A stretch of DNA of 56,074 nucleotides, filler included, from Circinaria calcarea (taxonomy: Eukaryota): NCBI GenBank assembly GCA_051942165.1. It is 2 parts of 2 records of this genome, joined end to end, with 100 filler letters (N's around TTAATTAATTAA, not from the genome) between each part and the next. Parts side by side here need not be neighbours in the genome. Positions count along the whole stretch, not along the records: positions 1 to 28,034 come from JAVECS010000060.1; positions 28,135 to 56,074 come from JAVECS010000061.1. One strand, 5' to 3'. Each line of letters starts with the position of its first letter. Within the stretch, counting starts at the first letter, position 1. Position numbers and translations under genes: made by a program. The notes under the pieces were generated by a model, which worked only from the letters and a program-made list of their open reading frames with translations, was not told where the DNA came from and made no database searches. Below, one piece after another: positions 24,337 through 35,519 of the stretch.

Positions 24337-27300
24337 ATGTTCAAGAGGAAGAAGAACAGCTGGCCAAATCCAGAACTATCAATTGGACGGCCTTGCCCTA
24401 CTTACTCTACCGGCGGTTGTTGCTGGGAAGCTGTCGGTCCAGCTCGTGATGCCTTTAACGAAGTCGCCGAGAAGGTAAAGGACCTCTTTCAAAGCCAAAG
24501 TGACTATCTAGACGAAGGCGAGGAAGACTCATTCTCATTTTCATATGGTATATGGATGGTAGGATGGGATAAGTCCCATGCCGTCCCCACAATCATACTC
24601 GGATGCCAGAGTACGGCTGTCCGGACAAAGGCGAAGAACATATTAAAGGAGAGTGGTCTTCTAAAGTCATTTCCGGGGATTGCCTTGAAAAAAACAAATA
24701 GGGCGCCGGATCCTCTAGCCGCTGGTGATGAACTTGACGAATCCAATAACCGTGATGATGTGGACGCTATCTACACCCTTAAAGGAGCAAAGGAGCAGTG
24801 TGGGATACGCATTTTCCTCGGCGGTGCCGATAACCCGCCTACTCAATCTGCGCGTGAAGCCACAATGGGTGGAATTGTACTTATTGATGGCGTTGCTTAT
24901 GGAATATCTGTTTCGCATGTATTCGCTCCGACATTTCGAGCTCCACAAAGTCCGGCAAAGGATGACCTTATAGCGTTTGATGAAGATAGCGATACTGATG
25001 CTGGAAACTTTACCGAGCTGACAAGTAAAGGTGAATGGCATCAATCCATACGGGCATTATAGGGATAAAGGAACTTATTCAAAAGCTGACTCAAAAATGA
25101 TTATGAACAGGGAGCATCTCTCCGCCATCTAAGCTTAGCGTGGCCTCGGAATCTTCATCTTCAGATAACGAGGATATCACTCGCGCGAGCTCGAAGTTCT
25201 CTGCTTTTAACTTGAGTTCGAGCCAAAGCTCTTCTAATCGACCTACCCTGCCCGCTACAGGACAGTCTCTCGTGAGGATTGGAAAACTCTCCGAGAGAAG
25301 TAAAGACAGCGGCCCTGACTGGGCTCTTCTACAGTTGGACTCCAACTCATGGCGTTATTCCAATAAGGTTACCGTGCCTCCACGAAATAGAGGAGGCGAA
25401 CGTGTGATAGATGAGTATATTTACTGTGAGACGTGGGCTCCTCAAGTTATGGACAGTGATATCTTGGTGGCTACAGGCAGAGGAGGTACCATTCAGGGCT
25501 ATCTATCGGCAACGCCAACGTTCATCAAACTACCAGGTTGCCCAAATTTTCTAAAGATATGGCCTGTGGGCTTAAAAAACTCGCTCGGTAGCGCTTAATT
25601 ACCTAGTGCTCAAGGCTTCAAACTAACAACAAATAGGTGCCGGCGATTGCGGAGCCTGGGTTGTGAATTCCAAAAGTGGAGATCTCTACGGTCACATTGT
25701 TGCTGGTAATTCTGGATCCCTTCTGCATTATATTATTGCAGCCGAAGATATATTTGACGATATCAAATTATATAAAGAGTCAATAGTCAGCTTGCCACAT
25801 AAACGTCCTCATTATGATCAAAAAGTTGGATCGGTGCAGGGAAAGCTCCGAGTTTGGATTGAAGGAGTTAGGGATCTGGTACCATGCCATGAACCCTATT
25901 TAATCGTAATTGTCGAAGGCAATGAATACTTAGCGAGAGGACGACCCGCCGAACCTAACGATTTAGAGCCGCCATTCTATTTAGGATATCCAGAAGCAAT
26001 GCCGCAAACGTCTGTTGAGATAGAATGGCAACGCGAGATCTTATTGTGAGTTTTTAACCATGCTTTTAAAATATATTAATTAACTTAAAATAGTGATATC
26101 ACGGCCGAGCCTGTCGACATTGATATATCGATTCATGATAAATATGGTGGTCCGAGATCCATCGGAAATATCACAATTTACCGGGAGACTAAGGATCTGG
26201 TGGGTGTTATAGAGTCGTATCAACTCGAAAATCGAGGTTCGGAAGAGATTCCTGTAACGGGAAGCATATCACTGTCCTTCGAGTTCCAGAATACAACACG
26301 CACTAGATATGGGTACGATGACTTCCAATTTCTCAAGGTGATAGGCATTTGTATTTATCCCTCCCATATACCTAAATTCAGGAACTGACCCCACGTGAGG
26401 CTGTACTGGTCAAACGTACCAGGCCCGAAATCGGAACACGCAGAGAAATTATGCTATTGAGGTGATTCCTCGCAATATTATCGCGAGCGAATCTTCACCG
26501 CAAACTGGCCGACTAGAAAGCGAGCTACAGCAACTCAAACTTCTATCCTCGCCATATGTAAACACTTGGAAGTTTTACTTCCATACCCCGAGCGACCATT
26601 ACCTGGTCACAAACTTCAAGTCTGGAGGGGAGCTTTTGTGGCATCTGCAGGAGGGAAGATTTCAGGAGGACAGGTCAAGATTTTATGCGGCCGAGCTTCT
26701 CTGTGCACTGAAAAGTTACCATGATCATGATATCATCTTTAAGGATCTTAGACCACAGAAAATATTATTGGACGCTAAAGGACATATTGCTCTAAGCCCT
26801 TATAGTTTGCGAACTCATGGCATAGCAAAGGCTACGGATGGCTCGAAAGATGATATATGTGCACACTCGACTATCGAATATTTGGCCCCAGAGGCTATTC
26901 TAGAACCAGATGGGTACAGCAAAGCTAGTGACTTCTGGGCGCTTGGGGTTATTATCTTCGAGATAGCCTGCGGCTGGAGTCCATTCTTCGCGGAAAACAT
27001 TCAACAAATGTACAAGAATATTGCCTTCGGGAAAATTCGATTTCCCCGCGATGGATTGAGTTCTGAGGGTCGCAGCTTTGTCAAAGCGTTATTGAATCGG
27101 AACCTCAATCGACGCCTTGGAGCGAAACATGGAGTGCAAGACCTAATGGCGCATCCTTGGTTTGCAACAATCGATTGGGAGAGATTTGAGAAGAAGCTCA
27201 TAGAGCCTCCATTTCGACCAAAGTTGAAAAGCGACAACGTTTCAAACAATGATCCTAAGGTTCCTGAAGAACCATGGAACGCTCCTAATCTCAATCAGCC

Positions 27301-27523
27301 TGCGGTGATGCGCGGCTATCCTTCATCTGCGCAATACTCGATAGATTCTGGCATCGGCTTATCATCCCGGTTCAGCTCTATAAGAAGCACACCGTTCTCA
27401 TACGATTCGGCTCTGGGAATGCCTTCAACGCTGGAATCCCAGTTCGGTGGTTTAGACGCTATGTACGAAGAGTGGGATGAGGAGGAGAAAGATGAGTGGG
27501 ATGAAACTCTATTCGGTGATTGA
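24337..27523 (+). CDS. Fusion of trypsin-fold (Cys-nucleophile) protease, C2 domain and Sch9-derived AGC pseudokinase, ~986 aa, 5 exons
   Basis: Exons 24337-25030, 25111-25587, 25637-26045, 26094-26350 and 26400-27523 sum to 2961 nt (987 codons) with no internal stop. Protease motifs GISVSHVF, DWALL and GDCGAWVV..LYGHIVAG. Sch9-like segments FDI..IDISIHD..GSISLSFEF, SGGELLWHLQ-EGRFQEDRSRFYAAEL and CGWSPFFAENIQQMYKNIAFGKIRFPRDGLSSEGRSFVKALLNRN. The last intron has weak sites (GTATTT..GAG). Confidence 0.72.
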
Positions 27524-28034
27524 AGGGTACATGGTCGTAGACTTCATTGTGTAAAAAGTCTATGATTTGGCTCTCTGTATAAATGAAGTCCTTTAGAGCT
27601 AGGTTATCAAGACCTACGAGCCGTGCCAATATCAGGTAGTCTTGGTGGACGATCAGCAGCGCCGCCAGAAAGCAGGTTCCAGGGGCTTGACTGGCCCGAA
27701 CGTTACTAATATGGCATGGTTTATGATAGCTAGCTAAATCAGTTAAGCCTTATGATGCGCTCGCAAATCTACTCTCTTTGCTGCCTCGAATTGAATCTAG
27801 GGTTTTTATTAATATATGGGGAAATGAACAGAATTCTCTACCTTCGTTTTCCTCCCGGCGGTGAAAATCCAATCAGAGCGTTAAGGTCGGAAAATGAAAT
27901 AATAATTTATATTTATATACAATTAAAGCTCCGTTCCATTATAATTTACGTTAATACTGTGGGCTAACGTGCCAATAAGGCTGGGAAGCTTAAAACCCGA
28001 GGGCTAGACCTCTTCCCTCCACATACGCCCACAG

Positions 28035-28134
28035 NNNNNNNNNNNNNNNNNNNNNNNNNNNNNNNNNNNNNNNNNNNNTTAATTAATTAANNNNNNNNNN
28101 NNNNNNNNNNNNNNNNNNNNNNNNNNNNNNNNNN
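28035..28134. other. Artificial 100-bp contig linker / assembly gap
   Basis: 44 N + TTAATTAATTAA (stops in all frames, both strands) + 44 N. Confidence 0.95.
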
Positions 28135-29747
28135 CCATCGAAAGCAACACATTCAGACCCCGTCCTTGGTTCGGCACCTACTGGGTTCTCTTCTTGTAGC
28201 ATACCAAGGAGGTGTGCTCCGCAGAAACGAGTGCAACGAAAAGTCCTGTGAACGGAGAAGCATATCCAAAATCAGGATTACCTATTTTCCCCCCGGTTGG
28301 TTGATATCTAAAGCGTTCGTGATCGCGGTTGATGGGCCGAAGACATCTCTTTCCGCTCTACGTGTACGCCCGGCCAATAGTTATGTATTCCACTGTGCCC
28401 AACGTGGAGACATTCAAACCTTGAGATTTTTATCGAGTACTAATCGTTGTTCTCCGCTGGATGTTGACTGTGATGGACGGTCTCTTTTGCACGTAAGGAA
28501 TTTGCCGAGCAATCCATGTAATCGAGCTAAAGTTCAAACGATAGTACGCTACTGAAAACGGTCATATAGATGCTTGTAAAGGCTTACTGGACTTAGGAGC
28601 CGACCCCGACCTACAGGACAAATACTTGTTGTAAGTTGAAGCATTTCTTGGTACCATGTACCAGCTTACACATCTTAGTTCTGCAAAAGATCTAGCTTCA
28701 AATCAAGTGTTTGAATATGATATACAACCGTGGGAATCAGTGTTTGATATCACGTCATGGGCCGAGGAGCAGGAATTCTCACGTCTCCATCATATTCTAC
28801 TGGATATACATCCCGGTGATTTGAGGCAAGAGCTTGAATACTCTTCAATAGCAATTAATGTACCAGACATTAAAGGTCAGACACCGTTACTATGGGCAGC
28901 CATGAGAGGAGACAATTACGCAGTCACGCTATTACTGGAGTTTGGTGCGGATCCCAATATCGCAAATGCTCTTGGCATCCTACCCATCTTTTATTGCTAT
29001 AACCTTTCTGTCGAGTGTCTTAAGGAACTTCTAGTACATGGTTCAATGATTGAATATCCCAGCAAACTAGATGTTAGTTCAGCTTTACATTACGCGACGG
29101 GATATTCAGATGATATTCAGATCCTTGAGATTCTCTTAGATGCTGGTGCAGACCCTATGGCAAGAAACTTAGTGCACTGGACTCCATGTCATTCTGCAGT
29201 CTGGAATAATAACTTGGGAGCATTGAAATTTCTTATTGACCGTGGTGCAGATCTCGACACAAGCAATGTTGAGGTCGCGAGCCTACTCCTTCATGCTGTT
29301 CTGTATAATTCGCACGCATGTCTTGTCTATCTCTTGGAAGCCGGTAGCGACGTCAAGATCAAGACTACACCTGGTGCAACAATACTACATGTAGCTGCCG
29401 AGGAAGCAGATGAGAGCACATTGCAAATACTTGCCTCATTCGAGTTATCTGGGGTGGACCCTGACGCTACATTCGAGGACTTTACTGCGGAGGAGTGGTT
29501 ATACGGGTGCAGGCCCTGGAACGGCAAGGACCCTCCTTCTGCGTCTTTGGAAAATGCCTTTCTCGATCTCCTTTTCAAGGTACGAGAGGATATAAAGAGA
29601 GCGACTGGGAACGAGGGTGACGAGGGTGACGAGGGTGACGAAAATAACGAAGGCAACGAAGGTGATGAGAATAATAAGAGTAACGAGGGTGGCAACGGCG
29701 CGGATCAAGATAAAATTGGAGTAAGGGTTCCGGGCTCATGGATCTAA
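28135..29747 (+). CDS. Ankyrin-repeat protein, 5'-truncated by the gap
   Basis: Exons (<28135)-28492, 28545-28630 and 28679-29747 are in frame. Multiple ANK motifs: GRSLLHYA, GQTPLLWAAMRGD..LLLEFGADPN, SALHYA..LLDAGADP, WTPCHSAV and GATILHVAA. The tail is an acidic (EGD)n repeat. Confidence 0.85.
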
Positions 29748-29968
29748 ACTCTCTCCCGAAAATGTGCAAGAGTCGGGAGATATACGAGAAACGAGAGAAC
29801 ACAGCTAAGGAAGAGGAAAACCTTTATAAGTCCATTATCATATCATCCTATTCCAGCGAGAATGTCTATTTTTATTGGCGTGTATCTGCGGGCGATTACC
29901 ATCTCCGATTTCTTCGAGGCAAGGGCCTAGCATAAAAAATTCCTGATACCTTAATCCGAAGGGATTGT

Positions 29969-30129
29969 TGTTGAGCAGCATGTACGATAGCATGCATGGA
30001 TTGCTGTGTAAGTGTGTAACTAACTATGCTACGAAAAGTGCTTTTATGAGGTGTGTGGAGAGTATAGAGCATGGATCACGTATTACCCGCAAGTAACACG
30101 TGATCCGGTAAGCCCTATGACTTCTAACT
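29969..30129 (+). mobile_element. Solo LTR, 161 bp, diverged copy (family A)
   Basis: Runs TGTTGAGC...AAAAGTGCTTTTATGA.GTGTGT...GAGCATGGA...GGTAAGCCCTATGACTTCTAACT and aligns with the copy at 42274 at the same length. Orientation is relative only. No TSD seen. Confidence 0.7.
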
Positions 30130-32203
30130 TTTATATCCCTCGCCACCTCCTTATCGACGTTATTTGAAGATCCGTCACTTAAGCTGAAAACCCTTCATGA
30201 AAAATACGTTTTCATTTTCCCTCTATCCTAAACACCGCAGATCTTCAAATCACGATTCCCCATCCCTTCCTAGTAACTGATGATGAGTACTTCCGGTCAC
30301 GTTATGCCCTAAGCATTGAAATAGGAAATTTAGATAGCTTGAAGCTATCGAATCACTATAGGTTTATGGTTCTATTTATGATGGTTATGACCCTGTAGCT
30401 TGCACCACTCAATGCGGAGGAATAAATGGATGAAGATAAAGGTTTCGAAGAAATCTGCCGGAATGGGATGCGTGGAATGCGCTGGTTCTCGGAGCTTCGG
30501 TACTACTTAAGTGCTTTGCTTCATATTCTAATATAGTGTACATTGTGCTGACTGCAGTGTTGGGAGGCCTTATGAAAGAGACAGGTGGAGGGAGATGGGG
30601 AAGAAATGGGGGGACGGAGATGTGCAAGGAAGGACAAAATAAAGGGGAATCCGGGGTGTGGATGGGATAGTGAGAGAGATAGGATAAGGGATGAATCGGC
30701 AGTAGATACGTAGAGATGATGTTAGGAGCCCCGTGTCTAGGGGGGGTTCGCCCGGTATCTTAAATCCGCCCTGGTACATAATAAAAAATACGCGTATTCG
30801 CCCTGAGCCAGGCGCAAGTCGCCCTGAGTGTCAGAACCGGCTCGAATTAGTGCATGAATAGCGTGAATTCGAAAGGGTATGCTGAATATGGAAGGCTAAT
30901 TGGCTGGTTCGGCACATTCCGAAGGCATGGAAGGCACGAATGGCATGGATTTTGGCTATAATACACGGAACGCGTACTACGATAGAGGGTTATGGGTCAG
31001 TTTCGTGGAAAAAAGCGGAGTATATTCAGTGCTATTTCGTGCGCAGTATGTTATACTAGGCCTGCTATGCCCCTGTTTCTGCCTCCGTCTTCATAAAATA
31101 TTTAAGTATTAAGCGAAGGCAGAGGCACGAGTATACTAATATTTAGCGGAGGTTGGGGCACGAGGCCCGAGCATTCGGCAGGCGTAGCCTCTGTGGATAG
31201 AAGATAGAGGCTTGGAGTAGTGAGTTCCGCTTAATTATAAATTCTGGTTTCGGGTAATACTCGGATCGGTATAATACCGGCCGGCCCCCCACCGACGGAC
31301 TCCCCCCCTGAAACCAGGGGCGCACTTTTATTTTGCACAATCGTCTATCCACCAGATGAAGATATAGATGTGGATGAGTGCAGCCGAAAACTTATTCTAG
31401 AGCGAGCAAGCTGGGATAGTGGCGAAAGAGATCATGATCAGCCGGAAACGCTGCTCTATATTGGCGAAACGCTGATTGAGCATTGTCAATTTCTTGGAAA
31501 AAAAAGCTCCATGCCAAAGTCCATATCTACTTTATATCTGGCATTCTATTAACGTCGATGAATAAATTTGCTGACGGAGCGTGCATGCGTTAGAAACGCG
31601 AGTATGCTAAGCAGAACGACACATTATGGAAAGAAATTGAGGCCTTAATGTTAGAAAGTGCAATCATGACATAGTGTAAATGCATTGCCATCAATATGAA
31701 TTAGCAGTTATCTATGTATTCTATATCGAAGGGAGAACAATGTGGTTATAGCCCTTATATACCGTAATCGTAGAGACAGTAGTATTCGCGCAAATAGCAT
31801 AGATAATGAAACCCTATGAAACTCCTGTATTCTGTATGCGTGCCGTGTATGCGCTAAGCCATAGTAGCTTGAATCGAATAATATAAGGCTGAATCGTGAC
31901 ATGAAGTCCGAATAGGCCCTGCATTCCCCGTGCTTTCAACGCTCGAGAGATAGGTGAGAGATGAGGAGGGAGAGGGGAGAGAGATGGGGGAGGGAGATAT
32001 AGGCCGGGGGGAGATGTGTGAGGGGAGAAAAGGAAGAAAGATAAGGAAGATTGGTAAGAGGATAACCGGGTTATAAATGCGACGGGAGATTTTTGTGTAA
32101 ATAAAGTAACTGAGTGGAATAGGTACTAGCTACACGCCAAAAGCTCCATTGAAATCGTAAAAAAGGTGTATATATCCACGACTTGGTTACAGAACGTGCC
32201 TAG

Positions 32204-34043
32204 CTAATCTTCATCCAGAACTTCCACTCTTCTATGCCGGTAGAGCTGCTGCAAAAGTGATAGAGCTTTCAACAAGACTTTGAACCTAGCGATTGCTTGG
32301 CCTTCGATGGCGGTTCCGATTTCTGCTTTTTCCCTAGCTCTTACCTCGCTGGCATATTTGCCGCCGAAGTAACGAGATGCTTCATCAAAATCAGATTCTA
32401 CATCCAATTGCTCCGTTATTTCCATGGCGAACGTAACTGTTCCTTCATACTCGAATCCAAGAACGTCCCGAATCATCTTGTCGCCTTCGTCATACCGCTG
32501 ATTTTCTATAAAGAGCTGAGCAACTTTCAGAATCATGAGGTTTTTTACCGAATCCTCGACAGCGTTTTCATGCCTTACTTGCTGCCAGAGAGCATCCAAT
32601 ATTTTGTATGCTTCTTGTATCCTAGATGCGTGGACTAATTCCGTCACTATCTGAGCCGCGACCCTTAGAATGTCATCTCGATTTGATGATTCGAACGCAG
32701 GTAATATATCTTGGAACGTTATCGAGATTGGAAAGTCCTCATCGATGTGGCCAGGTAATCTCTCAGGGTGGTTTGCCCGATAATGTAGAAACCCTTCAAG
32801 AATCCACATCGCCAGGAATGCTCTGCAAACCTTGCAAACCTTGCATTCTGTTTCGAAGGGAAATGGCGGCCCCTCTTTTTGAATATAACTTCTGATAATT
32901 GACCATGTAGAACCTAACGCTTCCTGCCGTCTCTGATCTTGATACGTATCAGCTTGCATAATCCATTGACGGATTACGTCTGCGAGAATATTTCCAGAAG
33001 GTGTTCTAGAAGAGGATCTTGAGCGGTAGTTGACATAAGCCTCAAACAATTCAGAGGGAGAAAGGCTAGGCTGCGCGATACGGGAAACTATTTGAACTGG
33101 TGAGGCGAAGGAATTGCTCGATGTTCGATGCCGAGGTGGTAAACTTAAAGGAGAGCGGATGTTCTGGTCTGGACTTCGCGACGACCTCCAGTATAGCGGA
33201 CTAGAATTGCGGATAAAAGGACTGATGGGTGGCGATCCATGATTTAAATTGGTTTGAGCCGGAGAAAGACTGTTGATCATATGGTGCTGATCTGGGCTGT
33301 GCATGCTAAGCTGAGGGCTGTTGGACAACATCCGAAGTGCTGGGTTAACAGAGATTGGAGTAATTTCCTGGGCCACAAGCTCAACGTGTTCAACGTGTGG
33401 GGTATAGCAGCTAATGTCTGATGGAGTTTCTACAGAAATACACTATTAGTTTCATTAGCACATGAAAGAGACGCGGACTCCGCTACCTGCATCAGGCATC
33501 TCAATATCATCATCAATTCTCTTCTCCATCTTGAAACGTTCAATCTTATTGGAGCCAACCGGTTGCTTCCGGACTCGAAAGCTGGATTCCTTTGGAGGGT
33601 CTTCTGCCTTTCGTTTTCTTTGCTTACGAATGATTACTCTCATCTCATGTTCTTTTACCTTCTTATCAAAGTGCCACTGCGAGATCTTGGTATTGTACTG
33701 CTTTCTCCTGAGCCTGACGTCAGTTATACGGATCTGGAAAAATAAATTCGTTGCTTGGGTTAGGAAAAACGTACGATGCTTTGAAGCTGTATTGCTTTTC
33801 CATCTCCTCCATTGCCACTTTCAGTGGAAGATCCTCTTCGACATAAAGTCGATGAAAATTCAGCTTCTGAGCGTCCCATTCTTCTTCCGTCTTCGAGGCA
33901 GATCTCAGTTGACGAGGTCCTTGTTGAGCCAGAGCCAGAGACGTAGGTATAGGATGGTCCGCATGGGCCATATAGGGTTGGCGTCCCAACCTGGACGACA
34001 CCGGTTTTGGAAGTAGTAAACGACGGGTGTTGAGTGGATCCAT
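32204..34043 (-). CDS. Clr5-domain protein with S/P-rich linker and helical C-terminal region, 3 exons
   Basis: Exons 34043-33775, 33707-33487 and 33429-32204. Clr5 motif EEWDAQKLNFHRLYVEEDLPLKVAMEEMEKQYSFKASRKQYNTKISQWHFDKKV, followed by FRVRKQPV..KIERF and TPSDISCYTP. Confidence 0.82.
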
Positions 34044-35137
34044 CCTGAGAAAGCCTAGTACCAATGGTAAAAGTTGTTATAGAAGCAATTGGAGGTAACA
34101 AAGGTTAAGAAGCTAGGCAGCGATAATACAAATAAAATACCAAGTAGAACTCTTTGACTTGTTGAGATGAGAGGAAAGTCTGGAGGTAGGTAGAGACGGG
34201 AGAGAAAGGCGGCCTTTATGGCCAGTTGAGTACCAGAGACATCATCCCCACACCTGAGCAGGCTGTATGGAACTTTTGCTTGATTGGCTGACTTGCTTTT
34301 CCCTTGTCGGGCACTTTAGGTGTTGTGCAGCCAAATGACGGGGGAAGCCAGACAAATTCTCCAATCAGGACGCCCGCTCCAAAAGTTCTTGGTGGAGGTA
34401 GGACCACTCAGCTGCCCAGGCTGTCACCGACCGTCCCCCGCATGCATAGTGCGGGGACGATTGCAGCGAGTGAAACGACAAGGCTGAGAAGGAACTTTTG
34501 TTCATTGGCGACAATCTGACTGACCATACTAGTCGGGTTCCACAACTGTTCTTGGCCCTAGTCGCTTCGAAGGCTTGTGACGGAGTGACACTGCCTAGTA
34601 CCAGAGTTCCATCGGAGCTATCTAGATTTGGATAGAAGGTTGTTCGTACAGCCTCCGTCGTTTGATTCACGTATCTACGAGATATGGCGCATCTCCATGA
34701 CCGTTGATCCATTTCTCCCGCTTTCTTCCAATCAGAAATCCTGAACAAAAGTTCTTTCAGGGGTTACATGCATTCAATGACCACGTAATTCCTGCCGGGG
34801 TTGCCTTCTTCTAGCCATTGCAAAGTCACCGAGCGCTTTGTGCACCAGAGACTCTTTATTGGTAGGCATGCTGGAAGAACTTTTGATTAACCAATCAATG
34901 CAGACAGACGACTCGAGAAGGGTTCTTGGCTGGGTACTCTTTCACTATGTGCCATTATCTGTTTCCCCCTCCTAGGTATGCTCCTGTCTGTTGCCGGCTT
35001 TCATCAAGTATAAAGAGAGCAGTCCAAGTCCCCTCAGGTTTCTTTCTCATACATCAAGCAGCCTGCCCCAATCCCACCTAGTACCATCATTCATCCATCA
35101 GCACCTCCGAGCTTCCATCTCAAAAGTCTCCGACAGA

Positions 35138-35519
35138 ATGAGTCCTCCCACATGCCCTATGAACAATTCCCAGGGTGACCCGGCACCCTCTCAACTGGAA
35201 AACACCCCGAAGTCCAAGACTAAAGGGAATTCCAAGAAACCCGATCTGATGACAAGTCTTCCGGCTGGTGGTACAGCAGGAGATCCAGCCGCCGGCTCCA
35301 ACGTCAGTCACGGAATGCAGCAATGGCTAGACCAAGACGCTCGCGACGACCCATGGAGTGGTGTCAGATACATGGTGGGTAATCCACCGAAGGTGGACAA
35401 AGACATCTCGGAGCAATCAAAGAAGGTACTGCACCCTTGTGCTTTCCTTGGGCATGACAAGCAATCTGGATACGCAATAGCTAATCGGATCACAGGGAGG
35501 TGAACATGGTCCATCTTAA
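35138..35519 (+). CDS. Small hypothetical protein (~103 aa), 2 exons
   Basis: ATG at 35138, donor GTACTG after 35425, GCTAAT branch site and CAG acceptor at 35495, stop at 35519. TATAAA lies near 35010. Confidence 0.5.

Noticed and set aside
26462..27523. Calling the kinase ORF the organism's functional SCH9
   Set aside because: It lacks the beta-3 Lys, the DFG motif and the catalytic-loop Asn, and it is spliced to an upstream protease domain.
28079..28090. TTAATTAATTAA palindrome inside the N-run
   Set aside because: It is symmetrically embedded in 44+44 Ns and is a synthetic all-frame-stop linker, not biology.
30570..32060. Two purine-rich tracts (~30575-30720 and ~31945-32060) as a repeat pair or ncRNA
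   Set aside because: They share only short words expected from low-complexity G/A composition, and I could not align them convincingly.
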